DNA of 64,000 nucleotides from an uncultured virus (IMG/VR IMGVR_UViG_3300030101_001550). Its lineage: Duplodnaviria; Heunggongvirae; Uroviricota; Caudoviricetes. A program made the translations under genes and the position numbers. Below the pieces are notes generated by a model, which saw nothing but the letters and a program-made list of their open reading frames with translations, was not told the origin of the DNA and searched no databases. The stretch lies in the IMG/VR virus record IMGVR_UViG_3300030101_001550; one strand, given 5' to 3'. Positions 59,983 to 64,000 of the stretch are shown piece by piece. How positions within the stretch are numbered: position 1 is the first letter of the stretch; every line of letters starts with the position of its first letter.

Positions 59983-60510
59983 ATGAATATCTTTTATTTA
60001 CACAAAGACCCGATACAAGCTGCAGAGTGGCATTGCGATAAGCACGTTTGTAAGATGATTATCGAGTCTGCTCAAATGCTTAGCATCGTAACACGTCAGA
60101 AAAATATTGACTTAGGGTATAATATGTCTACCACAGGTGCTTTCTCCAAGCATCCACAAACTATATGGGTAGGTAAAAGTGGCGAACATTTCGAATGGTT
60201 AGTATGGCTAGGTATAGCTTTATGCAGACAATATAAATTTAGATACGACAAAGTACATAAGACTAGTAAACTAATGACTGACTTCTTCATGTTATTAAAT
60301 GACGACTTTTATCACAAGTTCGAAGAACAAGGGTTCAGGGATCCTCCTCAATGTATGCCAGAAGAATACAAAAGAGATACGACAATAGAAGGTTATAAAA
60401 ACTTCTACATCCAAGAAAAGTCTAGATTTGCCAAGTGGTATGGTGGCTACGATAAAGCACCGCCATGGTGGCCTGAAGATAAAAAGGTTTTAAATGTTAC
60501 TAAAAAATAG
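59983..60510 (+). CDS. Pyrimidine-dimer DNA glycosylase/endonuclease V-like protein
   Basis: MNIFYL...HCDKHVCKMIIESAQMLS, HP.T.W, Y..RY.K.H, PPQCMP motifs. Confidence 0.75.
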   Translation: MNIFYLHKDPIQAAEWHCDKHVCKMIIESAQMLSIVTRQKNIDLGYNMSTTGAFSKHPQTIWVGKSGEHFEWLVWLGIALCRQYKFRYDKVHKTSKLMTDFFMLLNDDFYHKFEEQGFRDPPQCMPEEYKRDTTIEGYKNFYIQEKSRFAKWYGGYDKAPPWWPEDKKVLNVTKK

Positions 60511-60546
60511 TATTATTTCTTACTTGTTGAAACGATATATACAAGT

Positions 60547-60638
60547 TAGCCAGGTAGCCTCAAGCAGACGTGCATAGTAACTTTATGTTAGGGTTGAAAA
60601 CCGTAGCCGCTCAGGAAAAATAAGATTGCCTGATGCTA
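60547..60638 (+). ncRNA. Candidate structured RNA / 5' leader
   Basis: Closing stems TAGC/GCTA and CAGGTAG/TTGCCTG enclosing hairpins GCATAG/TTATGT and GGT-TGAAA-ACC. Confidence 0.35.
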
Positions 60639-60669
60639 AAAAACCGGGGCCAGATGAGAAAGGACGCTA

Positions 60670-60846
60670 ATGACTACTAATACATATCTCTTTGATAAAC
60701 GAGTTAGGTTGCTCGTAAGTCAAGTTGAGAAAGTTAAAAACCAAAAGCCGTATGTGTATGGCCCGGTCAAGAAAAGACGAGATACCTCCACTGACTTGAG
60801 CATGTGGGAGGGTAAACTTAGGGACTTAATGAAAAAACTCCCTTAG
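60670..60846 (+). CDS. 58-aa hypothetical protein
   Basis: SD AGAAAGGA; MTTNTYLFDKRVRLL...MWEGKLRDLMKKLP. Confidence 0.6.
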   Translation: MTTNTYLFDKRVRLLVSQVEKVKNQKPYVYGPVKKRRDTSTDLSMWEGKLRDLMKKLP

Positions 60847-61039
60847 TATATAGAGGCCATATTGGTTTTTACGATTTTTCATTTCGCTAAATGGCAATCC
60901 CTAATCCCAATACTTGATTCTCTATATCCACTACTAAATTTGCGGGATTACTTATAGTAATTACAAGTAATCCCTCTAATCCCGAGACCAGACGCAATCT
61001 CATCTCATACATCAGAGAGTGTGATATGGCCTCTATATA
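60847..61039. other. Non-coding element bounded by a 16-bp perfect inverted repeat; candidate replication origin
   Basis: TATATAGAGGCCATAT 60847..60862 and ATATGGCCTCTATATA 61024..61039; internal GGGATTACTT/AAGTAATCCC inverted repeat; four AATCCC copies. Confidence 0.55.
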
Positions 61040-61056
61040 TAGAAAGGAAATTAACT

Positions 61057-61122
61057 ATGGACTTATATACAATGGCACTTATAGTAGTTGCCGGATTAGT
61101 AATTATGATGTTTACTAATTAA
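61057..61122 (+). CDS. 21-aa hydrophobic micropeptide MDLYTMALIVVAGLVIMMFTN
   Basis: SD AGAAAGGA; ends in FTN like 207..266. Confidence 0.55.
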   Translation: MDLYTMALIVVAGLVIMMFTN

Positions 61123-61190
61123 AATAAATGTATACTGCTGATTTTATTAATTATATATTATAAATAGTAATTGTAGAAAGGAGATTATTT

Positions 61191-61520
61191 ATGGCTACAA
61201 CGCAGTCAACTACAAAAACTAATGGGTCTAAAAAGCCCGTTGTAATTAAAACTCCAAGCGATATGACTGGAGTAAAGAAATACGACCACGATGCTAGAAT
61301 CCAAGTTCTAGTGCCAAAAAACCCTAAACGAGTAGGGTCAGGTGGTTGGAAACGATTTGGTTATTACAAAAATGGTATTACTATCAAAGAGTTTTTGGCG
61401 AAAGGCGGGAAGACTATCGACTTGGATTGGGATAGAGAACGAGGGTTTATTGCTACTGAAGATAGAGATAAATCTGGTTCCAAGAGTAAATCGCCAAAAG
61501 CGACATTTACTTTAAAATAA
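61191..61520 (+). CDS. Small basic early protein (NPKRxGS...RF..Y..G.T..E motif)
   Basis: SD AGAAAGGAG; distantly similar to 310 and 63647. Confidence 0.75.
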   Translation: MATTQSTTKTNGSKKPVVIKTPSDMTGVKKYDHDARIQVLVPKNPKRVGSGGWKRFGYYKNGITIKEFLAKGGKTIDLDWDRERGFIATEDRDKSGSKSKSPKATFTLK

Positions 61521-61613
61521 TTGTATATATTGTATTCGATTATTTTATTATATAATTATAGGGCGTCTATCCGTTCAGATGCCCTATGCTAACAACTAGA
61601 AAGGATACAGAAC

Positions 61614-61799
61614 ATGTTAGGACCATTTACAGACATTAGAAAGCTAGAGATGTATGAGACTAAATCTGGTAGGTACCAAGCTTATTTCCAATTGACTAGA
61701 CCGAATGGTGAACGAGAGTTCATTACTCCAGAGCAATATGAGAAAGCTAAAACACAGTTTCTGAGAATCCAAAGAAAGAAAGGAAAACGACATGGGTGA
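61614..61799 (+). CDS. Hypothetical protein
   Basis: SD AGAAAGGA; preceded by hairpin AGGGCGTCT/AGATGCCCT at 61560..61585. Confidence 0.6.
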   Translation: MLGPFTDIRKLEMYETKSGRYQAYFQLTRPNGEREFITPEQYEKAKTQFLRIQRKKGKRHG

Positions 61800-62292
61800 T
61801 AGAGTTAGTATACAATTTCAAGACAAAGATGGCGACAGTAGTATCTGTTTGTTCCATCACTGGGGCGGCAAGTGGTTTCCACATTTTGCCGGCGCTTGGT
61901 TTATGTTACATAAACAAAAGATTAATCCTAGTCAAGCAACTCCATTAACTAGATTCGAAGCAAGAAATGTTATGGTGCAATTTATACAATCGCTTTCAAG
62001 ATATAATAGTATGCGAGGTATAAAAGGGTTTAGTGGAGATTACGATAATCCTCAAATAGATTATTATGATTCTGTAATATCACATAGTATTTACACAGGT
62101 GCTACTCCTGATGATGGCGATAACTCAGATAACGGTCATTATACTATACGAACAGACACAGGAGATTTAAGTAATCAAGATGGCGAGATAATTACCATAT
62201 GTAACCCTGCTATCATGAAAGAAGTTGAGGCGATGACTAGAAAAACTAACAGAGAAGAAGTTATGGAGGTACTTAAACAATGCGCGAATTGA
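61792..62292 (+). CDS. Hypothetical protein
   Basis: MGDR, HWGG, DNSDNGHY motifs. Confidence 0.7.
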   Translation: MGDRVSIQFQDKDGDSSICLFHHWGGKWFPHFAGAWFMLHKQKINPSQATPLTRFEARNVMVQFIQSLSRYNSMRGIKGFSGDYDNPQIDYYDSVISHSIYTGATPDDGDNSDNGHYTIRTDTGDLSNQDGEIITICNPAIMKEVEAMTRKTNREEVMEVLKQCAN

Positions 62293-62369
62293 TTTTATTT
62301 CTATCTGGTGCAATGGTGGCTATTTTCGCTATTGTTGTAGTGATAGTTTTTGGTACGATTTTGTTTTAA
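62280..62369 (+). CDS. 29-aa membrane peptide
   Basis: SD GGAGG; MRELILFLSGAMVAIFAIVVVIVFGTILF. Confidence 0.55.
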   Translation: MRELILFLSGAMVAIFAIVVVIVFGTILF

Positions 62370-62410
62370 TTAGTTTACTATTAATAATAACAAAAGAAAG
62401 CGAGAACATT

Positions 62411-62725
62411 ATGATTAGAGATAACGACAAACTAAAAGCTTACATCATAGTAGCAGTTAGGGATATTAGTTTAGAGGATAGCTTAAAGAGCAATCCCTGG
62501 TCTCATGTCGTCACTGAAAACATAGACGAAAAACACTGGGATCAAAAGAGTAAACAATATCTAGCTTACACAATATACAACGACTTAGACGCCGCAAGAA
62601 ATTTTGCAGAATGGTGGACAGGTAATTGCGGAATAGAGTGTCAAGTTAAAGAAGTAGAAATCAACATTAAAAGTACAGCTTTTGATAATACAGACGAAGG
62701 GAGAAAACAACATGCCGCTAACTAA
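62411..62725 (+). CDS. Hypothetical protein
   Basis: ORF after an AT-rich intergenic region. Confidence 0.6.
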   Translation: MIRDNDKLKAYIIVAVRDISLEDSLKSNPWSHVVTENIDEKHWDQKSKQYLAYTIYNDLDAARNFAEWWTGNCGIECQVKEVEINIKSTAFDNTDEGRKQHAAN

Positions 62726-62921
62726 CAAACACATAAAACCAAAACTAACTGCCAAGCAACAAGAAGAAGCTTTTGTTTGGTGGTGCAATCAAAATGAAGA
62801 AGAACTTAATGTATATTTTAACAAGAATAAAATAACAGAACAGCCTCAAATAACAGCTGTAGCTAAAGGTCTTTGGCTGGATAGACTAGAGAGGGTAGGA
62901 CTACGAAGTTGCAATTCCTAG
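62682..62921 (+). CDS. Hypothetical protein (true start probably MPLTNK)
   Basis: SD GGGAGA precedes the internal ATG. Confidence 0.55.
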   Translation: MIIQTKGENNMPLTNKHIKPKLTAKQQEEAFVWWCNQNEEELNVYFNKNKITEQPQITAVAKGLWLDRLERVGLRSCNS

Positions 62922-62958
62922 AATAAAAACCTATACAATTAGCCTTCAATACGATAAA

Positions 62959-63417
62959 TTGGAGGTTAATTATATGGATAACATTATTGAATTTAATCAA
63001 GTTGAAAATAAGATTTTATCAGACAAAGAAAAGAAGTTCGTCAATAACATAATTTCTGGATTAGGTAAGAAACAAGCGGCGTTAGAGGCAGGTTATGCTG
63101 AATCGTCAGCTCACGTACAAGCTACCCGACTACTAAAAAAGGATAAAATTCTGAGGGCCGTGACCCGTGCTCGTCAGATTCAGACTCAAAGAACAGTACA
63201 CACAGTCGAAGAAGAGGTCAAAAAGCTAGACGGGCTGTATGATGCTGCGTGCGATAAGAAACAATTCGGGGCAGCGGTCCAGGCTGCGAGGTTGAAGGCA
63301 CAGTTATTGGGGTACCTTGTTGAGAAGAAGGATGTCAAAGTATCACAAGTCGATAACATGGATGAGGGTGAGTTAGTCGCATACCTTGACAAGTTGAAAT
63401 TAGACTACGGCGGTTGA
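62959..63417 (+). CDS. terS: Terminase small subunit (true start probably MDNII)
   Basis: LSDKEKKFV...QAALEAGYAESSAHVQATRLLK HTH typical of TerS; AAVQA...AQLLG. Confidence 0.8.
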   Translation: MEVNYMDNIIEFNQVENKILSDKEKKFVNNIISGLGKKQAALEAGYAESSAHVQATRLLKKDKILRAVTRARQIQTQRTVHTVEEEVKKLDGLYDAACDKKQFGAAVQAARLKAQLLGYLVEKKDVKVSQVDNMDEGELVAYLDKLKLDYGG

Positions 63418-63441
63418 GTGATGCGGCTTGAGCATTGAGCC
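63414..63441. repeat. Heptamer array (TTGAGNN) after terS
   Basis: TTGAGTG, ATGCGGC, TTGAGCA, TTGAGCC in 7-bp register. Confidence 0.55.
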
Positions 63442-63646
63442 GTCCGCATTCCACCTCCGTCCTCCCGCCGCCGGCGGCGGTCGGCGGATGTTTGTCCACA
63501 CATCAACAACCACAAACCGCCCGGCCTGGGCCGTTTCCATATGTTAATAACTTTGTAAATTAATTGTTTAATAATGATTTTATTAGTTTATATTAGTATT
63601 ATAACATAAGGTTATAGAAAGAATAACGTAAATATAGGAGTTTATA

Positions 63647-64000
63647 ATGACTCAGACTATTAATAAAAAGTTCCCTACCTCATTCAGAGCGATAGAGAAC
63701 AGAGCAATCATGTTTCTTTTAGTTAATCAAAAGAAACCATCAGGCAAAGCCTTTGCCCGATACGAACTTTACAAAACAACAACTTCGTTACTAGACGCAG
63801 TCAATAATGGTTTCACACCGTTAGACATGCAATATGAAACGAAGTCCAACCACCGTTTTAAGAAGTTCCATACTATGTGTTTCATCGAAGGTGTCAACGT
63901 AAACGAAAAAACCAAGACATCTTTAGAAACCGTTATCAATAAGAACAAAGAAGTAGTCAAAGACTTACCGACCGCAGTTCAAAAAAAGATAACAGAGAAC
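63647..64000 (+). CDS. Hypothetical early protein, truncated by the window edge; paralog of 310..684
   Basis: SD AGGAG; MTQTINKKFPTSFRAIENRAIMFLLVNQKKPSGKAFARYELY...; open to the end of the window. Confidence 0.8.
   Translation, partial: MTQTINKKFPTSFRAIENRAIMFLLVNQKKPSGKAFARYELYKTTTSLLDAVNNGFTPLDMQYETKSNHRFKKFHTMCFIEGVNVNEKTKTSLETVINKNKEVVKDLPTAVQKKITEN

Noticed and set aside
59852..60660. SAM-II/SAM-V riboswitch, HDV-like or hammerhead ribozyme, or tRNA in the structured intergenic regions
   Set aside because: GCTAAA-like motifs are present but I could not build the required pseudoknots, catalytic cores or a cloverleaf
60847..61039. Retron msr-msd or MITE, given the flanking inverted repeats
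   Set aside because: No reverse transcriptase or transposase in the window and no clear target-site duplication
770..63960. Numerous minus-strand and nested ORFs in the ORF track (for example 14895, 16818, 21738, 40881, 63769)
   Set aside because: Antisense shadows of well-supported + strand genes with no SD or recognisable motifs; only 42185..43654 is credible on the minus strand
1..64000. Stop-codon reassignment, introns or inteins in core genes
   Set aside because: TAA, TAG and TGA all end coupled genes, and terL, capsid, helicases and PolA are uninterrupted and of expected length

Overview
The window is a near-complete, AT-rich, tailed dsDNA phage genome of podovirus-like organisation, almost all on the + strand. 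It appears circularly permuted, with terS at the right edge and terL at the left. Its gene set resembles marine alphaproteobacterial (SAR11-type) podophages; this is an inference and the host cannot be shown from sequence. Gene order: terL, small basic proteins, portal, GroES, scaffold, capsid, adaptors, three tandem three-gene tail-fibre modules, nozzle and ejection proteins, lysis, SNF2 helicase (- strand), primase, DEDDh exonuclease, UvrD helicase, a nucleotide-modification cluster, PolA, early genes, terS. No integrase, tRNA, CRISPR array or reverse transcriptase was seen. Two signals stand out. (1) A candidate cytosine hypermodification pathway sits in the replication operon: a dCMP-type thymidylate synthase homolog (Asp at the specificity position), a dNMP kinase, a MazG-like pyrophosphatase, a T4 beta-glucosyltransferase-like enzyme, a UDP-glucuronate decarboxylase (UDP-xylose synthase), a class I methyltransferase and a C5-methyltransferase-fold enzyme with altered SAM motifs. 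This predicts a pentosylated, possibly xylosylated, modified cytosine. (2) The gene at 310..684 and its terminator contain no CA or TG dinucleotide after the start codon, and only one CC and one GG, each forced by an amino acid. Its paralog at 63647..>64000 shows no such avoidance. Several structured non-coding elements, a 16-bp inverted-repeat-bounded candidate origin and 7-bp periodic arrays near the probable genome ends are also present.
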